The position numbers were made by a program, and so were the translations under genes. A DNA stretch of 64,000 nucleotides from Balamuthia mandrillaris (taxonomy: Eukaryota), in the NCBI GenBank assembly GCA_031835245.2, contig JAVKOQ020000008.1, positions 248,001-312,000 of the forward strand. The letters run 5' to 3'. The notes beneath the pieces are model-generated. The model saw nothing but the letters and a program-made list of their open reading frames with translations, ran no database searches and was not told where the DNA came from. Shown here piece after piece: positions 14,440-27,164 of the stretch. Numbering within the stretch: the stretch's first letter is position 1; each line of letters begins with the position of its first letter.

Positions 14440-15342
14440 TCCTTTGTTGCCTATTTCCTTGCCTATCGTTGCTGCTTGTCTCCTGCAGCACAAGAGCAGT
14501 ACTGCTGCACAAAAGGTGCAACGTACCGATCTCCGACCGGCCTACCATTGGTCCGTACATGAACTCCGCAGATCGGGTATTTGATTAAGTGAATTGAAAT
14601 TTTGCCTTTATTTGAAAGTTAAGGCATAAACTTGCGGTATAGCGCCCGTAGTACGAGGGGTGTGTGTGGTGTTTTTTTTTTTTTTGGCGGGCTCCCCAAA
14701 CGACCACTCCCCCCCCTGACCTCGTAGGCCTCCCCCTCCTCGTACCTTTTCCTTCATTGTTGTTGTGGTTGTGTCCCTTTGTCGACGGCACCCCCTTCGC
14801 TCCCTCCACTGCGCAGGCGCTTGCCCTCTTCCCTCCTATCCTCCTCCTTCCTGCTGCTGCTACTACTCTCTTTCTCTCTTTTTCTTCTTTGCCCCCACTT
14901 TTTTTTAAAAAAGTTACACGCTCAAGGAGGAGCTGTTGCGCATTTTTTTTCTCTTTCTTTCTTTCGTGGACTTTGTGTGAGGTGTGCGCACACTTTTTTT
15001 TTGTGGTAGTGCAGGCCAGCCACCAACCAACCTGCCTGCTATACTCCACCTTTTTTTTTTTTGGCTTCATCTTTCCTCGCAGGCTACAACTAGTTGCGCA
15101 CTCTCACTTCCTTTTGTTTCCTCCTCCTCTTCTTTGGAAAGGACCCACTGAGGCTTGGTTTTGATTTTTTGACCCTCTCGGGACGCTACTTGGGGTTACA
15201 AAGCCAAAAAGTAAAAGGATTCATACAACAGAGTTGCTACCTACCACCACCCCTCTCGATTTGAAATCAAAATCCGTTACCCCTTGCAACATAAAAACAT
15301 CGTTTGCAAATCAAAAAAAAAACGAATATTACGAGCGAACCT

Positions 15343-17713
15343 ATGACCATGTTTCGCAGCGGCGTTGCGAGTTCCTCGTCTACATCGTCTCAATCTTCTT
15401 CTTCCAACATCTCTGCTGCCTCTTCTTCTGCTTCGTCTTCTTCTGCCCTCTCTGACTCCACCCCCAATCATCACCTTCATGAACTGCTGGTGAAGCTGCA
15501 CAAGCTGGGGGAAGACCTTCCTCAGATCCTCATCTACCTCACCCAAATCGCCAGCCCTAAGCTGCCCCTCAACCTCCTGATCCCTGTGCTGGGACAGATG
15601 TTTGAAGGCCTCCCTCCGTTCCTCTCGAAGACGGAACCCTCCCGCTTGGCGGAGCTTATCCAACAGACCGCCTCCTCTTCCGGCTTTGGCTTTGAGCCGG
15701 CGGAGTTCACCAACCTTTTTGCCTCCTCTCCGGACATTGTGCACCTCCGCATTCTCCTTGACTTGAGTGAGATCCAGCAGATCTTGGCACACATCTCCGT
15801 TCTTCAGCTGCTGCACCTTACTAACAACACCATCCCGCCAGGCCCTCAAGAAAACCAAGAAACCTTCATCAAAAAGGTCGGTTAACCTCCATTTTTGTCC
15901 TCCTTGCTTTACTCTAACTTGCACGCACACAAAAGGTTCAAGAGGCATTTCAATCTTGGTCTCCCGAAACTTTGGAGAGGTACCACAACGTACTGGCAGA
16001 AACCCCGTTGCATTTGGAAAGGCAGCAGCTGCTCCAATTAGACTCGCAGATCCCTTGGGAGATCCTTCACTTAATTATCGAACTGTTGAAACTCCCTATG
16101 GAGGAGCTGTATTCCTTTCAACAGTGGATCACAAAACTTCCGCCACATCACATTCGAGTTTTGGTCCAACTGTTGCAAATAGAGAGTTCCACGCTGTTGG
16201 AGATCAAGCGGCGCATCGCTCCTTCTCCTCCTCCGCCTCTCTTCTCCCTCTCTTCCGGCCTTATTTCTTCCACTTCTTCGGCTTCTTCCTCGTCTTCGTC
16301 CCTCCCACTTAATGTGGTGCGCTCTACCCCTGCTATCACTATTACTGATGACAAAGGGTCGGCTACGTTGTCATCTGCTCTAGTTGCTTCGCCTTCATCC
16401 CTCATGTTTTCAAATTCCCCTTCCTCTTCGCCTTCCTCATCCTTCCTCTCCTCTCTTCTCAATGGCAACGGCTCTTCTTCGCCTACTCGTGGGAGTGGCA
16501 AGAAGCGACTCCACGAAGACCTTTTTGATGATCAGTCTATCCAAGAGGACCTTGAACTTATTGGTAGCGGAGCCTTTACTATGGACGTGGACCCTCTTCT
16601 CTTGTATCCAGATGATCTTGACATAGCTGCCGCGCTACAGCCTTCTTCCTTATCGCAATCCACGATTCTTGCTTTACAAAGCTTATTGCCTGCCTCTCCT
16701 TCAAAGCCATCTTCGCTTGCCGCTTCTGTGGAATCTGAACCTCTTGCTGTCTTGTCTTCTGGCTCGACCTCTAGTTCCGCTGCAACTTCCCTTCCTTCTA
16801 TCCTTATTTCCTCCACTGATGGCTCATCGCTGGCGTCCTCTTCTACCACAATACCTACTCTTGCCTCCTCCTCATCGAGCACTCCCACTGCCCTCACTTC
16901 CTCTTCTACCGCTATTACTCGCACTCCTTTGTTAAAAGATCTCGTCGAACCCTTCTCTTTTGTCCCGCACCCCCCTTCTTCTGAAAAGTACGCCTTTCTT
17001 TTTTTATTCCACTTCCAAAGCAATACTAACACTCTGAAATAGTAAATTCCAAATAAGAATAGCACGACAGCCACCCCCGAAGACTGTATATCAGCGTATA
17101 CTTAAGCCCTTCCCTTCCGTTATGCTGCTGATGGGGCAGGACAACGACTCGAATCTCTTTGTGGAGGCACAGCTCATTCGCTCCGATAACGAGCAGCCAC
17201 TCCCAAGAGCTGTGGACGGAAACCGTATTGTGCGGATCTCAAACGGCATCTTTGCGACCTTCAAGAAGTTGAAGATCCTTTCCACCTCCCAACAACAAGG
17301 AACCCTCTTTCGACTGCGCTTTGTGCTGAAGCGATACGCTGGCTCCCAAGCCTCCTTTGAGGATATTCCTAACTGCACCATAATATCTAATCCCATCGAA
17401 GTCTTTTCTCATACACAGTATCTCAACGAAAAGCAAGATGGTACATCTCTTGGTCTCTCTTCCTTTCCTTTTTCACTCTTTCTCTCTATCCCTCCCCTGA
17501 TCTCGCATATTTATCGCACCACCTCTTACTTCCTGACTCTTCTGCTATCATAGCTCCTCCTCCTCCTGTGGTAGCGGAGGTGCTCCCCACAAGTGGCAGT
17601 CGAGCTGGAGGTACCCGCATTGTAATTCTTGGCAGTAACTTTATCAAGTCCCCAAGCCTAAAAGTTCGCTTTGGAGATGTAGTTGTTCCTGCTAATTTCC
17701 ACGAGGTACTTTA

Positions 17714-17757
<44 letters not shown>

Positions 17758-17907
17758 CTTTTAGCAACTGCTAATTTTACTTATGAACAATAGGCTGGCA
17801 CGCTAATCTGTGTAACGCCAGCGCACGTGCCATGCACAACGCCAGTTAGTGTGACTAACGACGGCATTAACTTTTGTGAGACAGATTCCCACTTTAGATT
17901 CGAGTGA
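15343..17907 (+). CDS. Putative transcription factor: helical N-terminus, Ser-rich linker, beta-rich Ig-fold-like domain and C-terminal IPT/TIG domain (5 exons)
   Basis: Exon 17043-17440 reads FQIRIARQPPPKTVYQRILKPFPSV..FATFKKLKILSTSQQQGTLFRLRFVL..IISNPIEVFSH. It is followed by an IPT: PVVAEVLPTSGSRAGGTRIVILGSNF..VRFG..TLICVTPAH..VSVTNDG. Confidence 0.75.
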
Positions 17908-18520
17908 GGACCAGCACACTACGTACACGATGGGACCGAAATGAACACGGCCGTCCCTTTTTAAACCACCATGTTTTTGGCCGCTGACGCACCCCTCTTC
18001 CTCCTCAACCAAGTAGCCGCCATTAGCGTTATCAGCCATTGCCGCTGTTTAAGTGTATATCACTTTATCTTCTTTTTTGATGCGGCGATCAACCAAACAA
18101 CGAACGAGCTGAAGGAGGAAAGAGGGGCGCAGAAGTAGCCTTCTTCGACTGCTCTTATTCAGAACAACTCCAACCACCACCATCACCAAAACTACCACTG
18201 CCACAACCGGTGCACATTTACTTTTCAGCAACTGCCTCTTCTCTGCTGGCCGACCTTATTAGCCGAAGGAGCGCGTAGGGTATGGAGGAGGAAAGAACAC
18301 ACTTGGCAGCATAGTGCTTGCCTTCATAGTATCTTCTCTCCTCTGCCACCACTACCACGAGTGACTTCAAGCCAACCAGCTGCCTTCTCCTCCTGATGGG
18401 AGCGGCGGTGAAGCGTGGGTTGAGGCTGGCTGGACTTGCTTTTTCATCAAAAACTTTAACAGGAACTGCATCATCACTTTGTTGTTGTGGTTGTTTTGTT
18501 TACTGCGTGGCCTGCTTTTT

Positions 18521-18585
18521 TCTGCTCCTTCTGCTCCTTCTGCTCCTTCTGCTCCTTCTGCTCCTTCTGCTCCTTCTCCTTCTGC
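18521..18585. repeat. (CTGCTCCTT)n 9-mer tandem repeat in the region between two convergent genes
   Basis: Directly visible, about 6 units. Confidence 0.85.
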
Positions 18586-18729
18586 TGTTTAAACGTTGCT
18601 GTTTATTGGTGTTTGTGGGGGAGCAAGCGACCTGCCTTTTCACTCTTTATTTATTTTATCACCCAATTATTTATTCAGCTTGTCTCTTTAAAACAACAAC
18701 GCCCACAACTCGCAACACTCCCCTTCTGT

Positions 18730-18771
<42 letters not shown>

Positions 18772-18870
18772 TTAGGTTGCCTGTAAGTGTGTGTTGCGCT
18801 GAGCGTGATGATGTTTGGGGGTCACTGTCTGTGTTGGGACGAAAAAACAAAGGAGGAGTGGGCAGCGTGC

Positions 18871-19476
18871 TCATTCGGTGACAGCGCGCACGTACAATAC
18901 GTTGTTACACCTGTGTTTTTTTATGTTGTTGTGTTTGTTGTTTGTTTCAGTAGCAAGTAACAGCAGGCAGGAAGAGAGGTTCAAAAGAAAGGCTTATGGT
19001 TAGGGTCTTTGCAAGAAGAGAAAGAAGGTTTTAAAGAAAGTGGTTGTAGTCCCATTGTAAACGTACCGAATGAGAACTTCGCCGAGGTTGCCTTGCAGCA
19101 CGCCGTCTTGCCATTCCTCTGTGTTGGCCAACTGTGATGAAAACTTCTTTTAGTCCCTTCTCTCAAAAAAAAAAAAAAAAAAACCACAAAGGACGTGCAA
19201 CAAATTTGCATTTAGAAGAGACGAAGAGAGGGAGGGAAGTAATACCTGCAAGTTCATGTAGTTATCAATGGAAACAAGCATGCCCCTGTACTCCTGACCC
19301 CATTTAAGCCGAACAATAACAGCGTCGCCGGTAAGGCTCTTCAAAAAGGGAGTGGGGTTCACAGGTACCATCTACAAGGAGAAGAAGAAGAAAAGGAAAT
19401 AGATTGGGTGAGCAGGTAGCCAACTATTGTGAGAAGAACAATAATAACACAAGAAGAAAGTACTAACCGCAGACAT
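18871..19476 (-). CDS. SNRPF: Small nuclear ribonucleoprotein F (Sm core), 4 exons
   Basis: [79 protein letters not shown]. Confidence 0.93.
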
Positions 19477-19797
19477 GTTGGGCAAGTGTTGGTGAGGTTA
19501 AGAACACGGGCTGAGACAGGGGGGAAGTGGGGGAAGTGGATCTGGGGCCGCTCTTCTTTCTTTTTTTTTTTTTGAAGTTTTTGTCGACCACAAAAACATG
19601 TGAGGGGAGGACGGACACAATAATACCCCATTTGTAGCGCTGGAGAAATAAATGCCGACGTTGTTGTGCCACGATCGCTGTGGAATGGATGATGTCATCA
19701 ACGAACGGCACCTTGGACGAGCCCTCACCATTTGCTGACTTTTCTGCTCGAGGAGCAAAATTCACAAGAAGAGAGGAGCCAAGAAAGAAGGTTGGCG

Positions 19798-21223
19798 ATG
19801 GCTTCTTCGGGAGGTATGTTTGCTTGTTCCTCTGGCTTCATTCGCTCTGCTGTGCCCTAACTTGAAAGGTTTTGCAAACAAGTAGACAACAAAGTGAGAA
19901 TAGGATGGAAAGGGCGGCAATACGGGCTCTACGACCCCAAAAAAGCCAAAGCGGCTGCTGCTGGCGCCAAGAAACCGGCCACCTTCTTTCAGCAAGACGA
20001 AGAGGAGGAGGCCAACTCAGGCCCGTTGGACGTGCGGCAGCAACTGATGTTGGAGGCTGAGCGGAAACGCAAGAAGGCCGCAAAAGAGCAATTGAAAGTC
20101 CTGGAAGAGGACCCCTCCGTCTACGACTATGACGGCGTCTACGACTCACTACGAGATAACCGTGCGCAGAAGGAAAGAAGCGCTGCCATCGAACGTAAAG
20201 CCAGAAAGGTACGTTTTTTGAAGTGCGCTCAACGGTCTTGATGCTTACTCGCTCTTCTTTGCTTCTTGTTTCACTGGCGTTATGCAGCCAAAGTATATGC
20301 AGAACTTATTGGCAGCTGCTGATAAACGAAAGAAGGAACAAGAGATACTTTTTGATAAAAAGTTGATAAAGGAGCGGGAGAAGGAGGACCACCTTTACGA
20401 AGACACAGAAACATTCATCACTCCAGCTTATCAGCGCAAGCTGGAGGAGCAACGGCGGTTCAAGGAAGAGCAAGACAAGCTGGATGCCATTGCAGCACGC
20501 AATGATGTCACGAAGAGTTCAAACTTCATGTTCGATTTTTACAGCAAAATCTACGATGCTAAGAATGTATCTATGGGAGGTGTTGGCACCGACGAGGAGA
20601 TATCAGCCAAAGTGAAGCGGGAGCTGGATGCTAAAGAAGAGCAGGAAAGAAAAGCGAAAGAGGAGGACAAACGAAAACTGAAAGCCAACGAGGAGCAGGT
20701 GATCAGCGTAGAACAAGACAAAACGCTAAATGATAGCGAACAAGCCTCAACAGAAGAACGGGACGAGCAGCCAGACTTGGTTAAGAACAGAAGCAGAGAC
20801 AGATCTCCCCGCCGTCCCAGTGATAGGTCCAGAGAACGGTCTAGAGACCGAGACAGAGATAGGAGCAGAGATAGAGATAGGGAACGATCACGAGGGAACA
20901 GAGACCGAGATAGAGATAGAAACAGGGATAGAGACAGACACCGTGATAGAGACAGGGATAGAGATAGAAATAGAGAGCGATCGCGAGACCGAGACATAGA
21001 ACATCGGAAGAGGGAGAGAGATAGGCGAGAAGACCGTAGAAAGGAGGATGCCGCAGAAACAGGAAAGATTGAAGATATGGACACCTCAGCAAAGAAGGAG
21101 GACGAAGAGCGGCCAGCCAAAGTGGCGAGACGTACAAAAGAAGAGGAGATTGAGGCGGCAAAACAAAGATACCTGCAGCGCAAAGCAGCTACAGGAGCTG
21201 CCACGGCCGCCCCAAAGGAATAA
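19798..21223 (+). CDS. NSRP1: Nuclear speckle splicing regulatory protein 1 (CCDC55-like), 3 exons
   Basis: QYGL..LEEDPSVYDYDGVYD..PKYMQNLL..EREKE..ETFITPAYQRKLEE, an RD/RS-rich region, and the terminal IEAAKQRYLQRK. Confidence 0.88.
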
Positions 21224-21650
21224 CCCTTGTTTGTGCCACGGTGGCGCCTCTCTTTTCATTTCCAAGCCATGGAAATTTACACACGAGCAAACCACCCAAA
21301 AAAAAAAAAAAGAAAACTTTCGATCCCATAAATAAAAGGTGGGGGAGGGGAGACTACAAAAGGGGCAACCCCACCAACTCCATAACCATAAAAGGGTTAG
21401 GTGCCTGTTGGCACTCAGCGTCCACTGTTCTTGCTTGGCGCTGGGCTGAATGGCGATCAAGACATTTGGCCAACGTAATATTTGGGCCAAGGCTGGAGTT
21501 GGCACCGTCTTGCCGATTCCTCCTTCCAAACAAACTCCAAAAAATAAATAAATAAAATAAAAACACAACACACTCAAAATCTTCACAAACAACCTTTTTT
21601 TAAACATTTTTTTATTTGGTTCGCGAAAGGATGAGCCGTGGTGACTTGGC

Positions 21651-22806
21651 TCAGACGGTGCCTCTGGACAAAAACTCCCAGTTGTTGACCTTCATGAATC
21701 AAATGGAATGCGTCAGTTTGGCAATAAAGAAAAGGAAGGACAAAGTGGCAAGTATGGTCGTACCATCATTTTTTGAACACACATGAGAGCGTGCTTTTGG
21801 ATTTCCGAGTCGGAGTTGGACATAAGCTTCATGATATCAACCTTACCGTCCAGTCGACTCAGCACACTGGGAATGGCTGCAGGTCAGTGACTGAATTTGT
21901 TGTTTGTTTTAAAAAAAGGAATAGGAAAAACAAACGCTCTTCCACGAGGATGGAAGCGCACGAATTCGCCCAAGTCATGTAATGCGATGCACACGACAGA
22001 CCTGTCCTCGGATGATCTTACTATTTGTAACAGCACTCTGTAGCAAATAAGAATAAACAAAAGATTAATGTCATGGAGCAAAAATTGAGAGAAATAAGAT
22101 GAGATCATACCCCACAATCTTGAAGCTATCCTCCTCAAAACGGGCAATATTTTCTCTCCAGAACTTTTCAGAGCGGTGGACAGGAGACCACCTCAAGTTG
22201 CCCGACAAGATTTCTTGCTTGTAAATATCGAAAGAACTATAGATTTGAAAAAAAGTCAAATAATAGGCAGGTTATCAGTAAGTAACAGGTAACAAAAATC
22301 AATCAAAGGGAGTCCATACGTTAAAAGTATTACGTTCTTCTCTAAAGACACTTCGAGTTCTTTGATGTCTTCTTCAATGTCTTCATCGGCCCACTTCTTT
22401 GAGTCCAAGTAATGAACAACCCTCATCATACCAGCCTCTATCATTTGCTCATTGTTTTGAGCCTTGTCTAGAATGTTCTATTCATGATGTGAGAAGGCAG
22501 AGCAAAAGGGAATGTAGGGTGATAAGTAAGATTACTCTAAGTGTGGCCAACCCGATCCTCCTTATTTTTTCTGTTTCTTCCTTGCGGATGACATCTACCA
22601 GAGTGGGGATAAGCTGGGGAACGGAGGAGAAAGTTGTGGCAATCTCAGCATCAAAAGACATTAGCCACAGACAATAAATAGCTTGGTAGAGAAGTTGGCG
22701 TTTGTCCAAATGGTTCTGCACTACCGTTGCAAGTCTATTATTAAGTATTAAGCAGAGAGGAGAGGAGGAGGAGGAAGGAGGAGGAAGGAGGAGGAAGGAG
22801 GAGGAG

Positions 22807-22852
<46 letters not shown>

Positions 22853-23909
22853 GAAGTTAGACGAAAAGAAAGTAACAACATATTCTCTGAACAAAACAAC
22901 CGACCTTCTAAGACCATTTTCCTTGGCAAAGTAAGGACGATAAGCAGGCTTGCGAAGAAGAATTTGCAGAGCAGAGATGGCAACAAGTAGATCGTAGAGG
23001 CTCTCACTGCGCAACTGCTCTGAGCACCAATGGCAAAAGAACTTGACTTCTGTGTCGGGTACTTCACTGCTCTCACTGCGAGTGGATAAAAACAAAAAAA
23101 AAGTCACGAAGAATGAGAAAGTTTGTTGGTGTCACGCAGAAAAAGAACAGAGCTGAAATTCTTACGCCATGAGTAAGGCTACCAGTCGTGAAGCCTTTTC
23201 GTTGATGAAGGCGTCAGAAGCGGAACGGTTAAGCAGTCTCAGGAATGGACTGAAGGGAAAGCCCTGTCCTTCCTTCTTCAAACTAAGAAACAGGGAGCTT
23301 AACTCCTTGTCTGTAAAGCGGTAAAGTGGTTTACAGTCAGTCAAAGAAACACATCAAATGCATAACAAGGCATAACACTTCCAAATAGGAGCAAGGGAAA
23401 CAAAGTGCATGCACGTCTTTAGCACTTCGAAGAAAACTAATCGAGTTTTTTTATTTTCGGGAGAGAGAATAGGAGGAGAAAAAAGACGACGAAGAACACA
23501 TACCTTCAGTGAGAATCTCATCAACAAGAGCGAGAGTGTATTGCACGTAGTCAATTTGACTGAGGTTGGTCAGCAAGTCCAAAAACAAGCGAGCGTATCT
23601 TTGGCCATCCTTTTTCGAAAGTTAAAAAAAGCACAAGAAGGTGACGACTGATATGAGGACTGCGCGACTAACCTCAGCCAATACATCGAGTTTACCAGCG
23701 AGGTCCCGTTTGTCGTAGGCCTGGATGAGCTCCAACTCGATCTCGCCGATAAGTTCGGCTTTGCAGAGAGCGTCCCAAAGGACGTGTGTCTCGAGTACGT
23801 CCTCGGTGGTAGGCACATCCCGTCGGCCGGCCTCTTCTTCGCTCATGGAGGCTCTCGACAGAGTGTCCTCCAATCGCTCGTACGCTTTCTTTTTTTTCAA
23901 GTAATCCAT
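21651..23909 (-). CDS. ATP6V1H: V-type proton ATPase subunit H (many exons; start codon uncertain)
   Basis: [85 protein letters not shown], and VNNWEFL near the stop. Confidence 0.93.
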
Positions 23910-25199
23910 TGGCCAGTAGCCTTTTTTTTGTTTGTATAAGGGGAGGAGGCGGCGGCAAAACTGCTACGTTATTCTTCTAGGCGGCTGCTGTTGTTCCCCT
24001 CCGCTTGAGGCTTCCTTCCTTCCTTTGGGAGAAGAGGTGGTGAGGCGCTGGGCTTGTGACGAGAGTCGTTTGCTTTTTCTAATAATGACCCCTCGGGTGC
24101 TTTCTCTTTTTTTGGGGTGACCCTGTGCGCGGTGAGAGAGGCGCAACAAGGTGCATCATCTCCGACCAACAAAAAAGCAAGGGGGAGCAAAAGAAGAGAT
24201 AGAGTACACACCACCGGGATGAATGTTGCCAGCGTTTCGGCAGCAGCAACATCGCCTTAGTGGTGAATTGATTTTTTTTATGTAATGTAAATGATCAAAA
24301 GAAGGTCCCATTCAAAGCAATGACGTGGGATGAGCCTTCTCGCAAGAACAAAGGGAGAGAAAAGGGGTGTGGTTGGTGTGATGGTTGCCATTTTTTTTTA
24401 ATGTATTGGGGGGAAGGCGTTGGCAAAGGAAGGAACGGCAAAGGCATCCAACCACGGAGAGAGTAGTAGGCAATGAGAAGCAAAGGGGGATGTCGATTTT
24501 TGCAGGCATGTTCGTTCCCATGCGGAGGCGCGCCGCTTTGTCTTAGGTCAGGAAATGGAAAAACGCCAAGGACAAGTCGATGGTCTATCAGGGGTATGTA
24601 GAAGCTATGTGCAAGTCTGTAGTTGTATGAACAGGAGTGTACACGATGACCAATCGTTTGCCGTCTTGGGTTCCAGAGCCGAGAAGTAGACGAAGAGGGA
24701 GCCGCCCATAGGAAGCAGAAGAGGGCGGGCAGTAGAATTAAAAATAATAAAACACAAATAAACAAAAATGTGCAGGAGTAGGAAGGCTGGATGGTTGGGC
24801 AGGTGGATAGGGCAGAAGGATAGGTGACCCAGCAGTGCGTATGTACATGCACTATGTACTAGCTGGTGGGATGAGTAGCCTTCAGTCCGGCGGCCTAGTC
24901 CAAAATGATGGTGGGTGATGGTACAAGCAGCCAAGGTTATAGGAGATCTGGTGCGTGGAAATGGTGGTGTGAACAGTGAAGGATGAGATGGTTGCGGATA
25001 GCACCCAAGTTCGTTTGCGTATGCATGTGCTTTTTTTGTGCAAGTGTGTGCAGAGGAGCTCCTCGAGTCCTTTTGTTTGTTACAGGCAGGCCCATGAGAA
25101 GAGGAGGGATGCCCCTTTCTCCAACAGGGCAAGTGACAGGAGAGCGAAGATGCAATATAAGAATAGAAAAGGAGAAGAAATGCAAAGCAGTCAACCATT

Positions 25200-27164
25200 T
25201 CAATGGGCAATGGCGTGTTTGCCTCTGCAGAGCTCCGAAGAGTTTTGAGGAACAATTTCAGAGGTAGGAGAAGAGGGGCGGGAGGAGAGCGGAGAAGAAG
25301 ATGAAGAAGTAAGGATGCTTTGTGGGATGTGGGCTTGTTGCTGCAATACAGCATGAGCGTGTTGCAGTTGGGTAAGTCCCGCTAGGCTGAAAAAGTTGAC
25401 ACCGGTGGCAGAGAGGAGATCGAAGAACACCTGGTTGTCCTGGGGGGTAAAGGCAGGCAAGGTTGGGGCCGCTGCTGTTCGGCGAACCATGTTGAGACCT
25501 CCCAAAGCAAGACCAGTGGCCAGTGGAGACATGGTAGTGGCCATGGTGGTCGGGGACGAGAGTGACAGAGAGGACGGTTGGGCAGGGGAGCTGCAGCTCG
25601 ATGGTTGGGAAGCGACCATTCCACTACCGCTGGCTTGTTGTGGCTGTTGTGACTGAGACTGTTGTGGCTGTTGAACATGTGACTGTGGTTGATGCTTCGG
25701 GTGTTGTTGGTGTCGGGTGGTCTTAACCTTAGCCCGCTTGTTCTGGAACCAAATTTGAATTTGTCGACTGGAAAGGCCAAGGTTGGAGCTAAGGGTGTCC
25801 CTTACGTCCTTGTTGGGCATTGGGTTGTTTTCAAATTCCCGTTCCAGGATGGCCAATTGTTCGGGAGTCTTTCTCTTGCGGGTAGCCTTGGGAGCATTTC
25901 GCTTACCACGCGCTCCGCCATTGGTCGAGGTCGAGGACGAACTGGTGGTTTGGTTAGACGCGGTAGAAGCGGCGCCAGGTGTAGTGGTGGAAGTAGCAGC
26001 GGTAACTGGCTGAGCAGACGAGGTGGCTTTAGCCTTGAGATCATCCTTTGGCGACAGGGTCGAGGCAGGAGGCGGTTTGGAAGGGGCGGAGGCGGTGGCG
26101 GCGGGGACGGTGGCGGGGACAGGGGTGCACTTCCTCGCCTTCTTCCTGAGAACTTTCCTCGTTTTGGTCTTGGATTTAGGGCTGCTCGTTTCGGTCTTGG
26201 GGAGAGCGGCTTCCTGTTTGTTGTTGCTGCTGCTGTTGTGGTCGGATTCTACTGCGACTGCAGTAGTAGTGGTTGTGGCGGAGGGAATGTCGTTGGTAGC
26301 TAACACCGACGAGGAAGAAAACGGGTATCCACCGAGGAGCTGGCGGAGGGTCTTGTCTTCCTCTTCAAGGAGTTCCAGCTGTAAGAATCTCTGCTCTTGC
26401 TCCTCTTGCTGCAACCGCAGAAGGTGAAGGCCGGACAGCTCTTCGTTGTCGTTGAACTCGGTAGGGCCTAGCAGCAACTGCTCTTCCAACAGTCCAAAAC
26501 AACCATCAGCAGGGGTCATGCAACAAGAAGACAGAGAGGAGGTAGAGGAGGTAAGCGGCGATTCCGGAGAGGAAAAGGAGTCGAGATCAGAGCCAGAAAA
26601 CATCAGTGGCGAAGAGGGCAACGACTGTAGAGACAGCTCGAAGGAGTCCTGTGCTGCAAACTCGGGGAAGAGGTCGAATCCCTGAGGGCACGCAAGCATC
26701 CCATCGAAGCCACTGTTGCTGCAATCGCTTGTGTAGTCCTCATCAGCGCTGGAAGTAGAGCCGCTTCCCATGCCGATGAAGAAAGAGTCGTTTGTGTTGC
26801 TGTCGCCTCCACCATTGTCGCTGTAGCAAGAAGAAGAATCAGAGGAGGGGGAGGAGCATTCGAAGGACAGAACGCCAGTCTCTTGATAGTTGTTATACCG
26901 AAGCTCCTCCTGCTGGCGGTCAAAGGCGGGCGTAGGCAAAGGCGAGGACCGAGGCGATACCATGGGACTAGGACCATCCCATGGCAGCGGCGAAGACCGA
27001 GGAGTGGAGTCCGGCGAGGAGCGGGGCGATACCTCTGGTGAGCTCATTGGAGAAGTGCTGGGGCTTATCTTGAAGACGGAGGAGCCATTCTGCATCTTGG
27101 GGGGCATGGGCATCCTGGCCATCTCCTTTGCTCCAGCAGAGACCGTAAACCGGTTGAACTCCAT
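25200..27164 (-). CDS. Homeodomain transcription factor (non-TALE, Q50), intronless 654-aa ORF
   Basis: RKRKTPEQLAILEREFENNPMPNKDVRDTLSSNLGLSSRQIQIWFQNKRAKVK. A probable 5'-UTR intron lies at about 27340-27423. Confidence 0.9.
   Translation of the reverse strand: MEFNRFTVSAGAKEMARMPMPPKMQNGSSVFKISPSTSPMSSPEVSPRSSPDSTPRSSPLPWDGPSPMVSPRSSPLPTPAFDRQQEELRYNNYQETGVLSFECSSPSSDSSSCYSDNGGGDSNTNDSFFIGMGSGSTSSADEDYTSDCSNSGFDGMLACPQGFDLFPEFAAQDSFELSLQSLPSSPLMFSGSDLDSFSSPESPLTSSTSSLSSCCMTPADGCFGLLEEQLLLGPTEFNDNEELSGLHLLRLQQEEQEQRFLQLELLEEEDKTLRQLLGGYPFSSSSVLATNDIPSATTTTTAVAVESDHNSSSNNKQEAALPKTETSSPKSKTKTRKVLRKKARKCTPVPATVPAATASAPSKPPPASTLSPKDDLKAKATSSAQPVTAATSTTTPGAASTASNQTTSSSSTSTNGGARGKRNAPKATRKRKTPEQLAILEREFENNPMPNKDVRDTLSSNLGLSSRQIQIWFQNKRAKVKTTRHQQHPKHQPQSHVQQPQQSQSQQPQQASGSGMVASQPSSCSSPAQPSSLSLSSPTTMATTMSPLATGLALGGLNMVRRTAAAPTLPAFTPQDNQVFFDLLSATGVNFFSLAGLTQLQHAHAVLQQQAHIPQSILTSSSSSPLSSRPSSPTSEIVPQNSSELCRGKHAIAH

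Noticed and set aside
18396..18881. 161-aa hydrophobic ORF
   Set aside because: Built from 9-mer and CT repeats, with no recognisable domain; probably UTR or intergenic.
24295..25354. Overlapping minus-strand ORFs downstream of the homeobox gene
   Set aside because: No motifs and no convincing splice pattern; likely 3'UTR.
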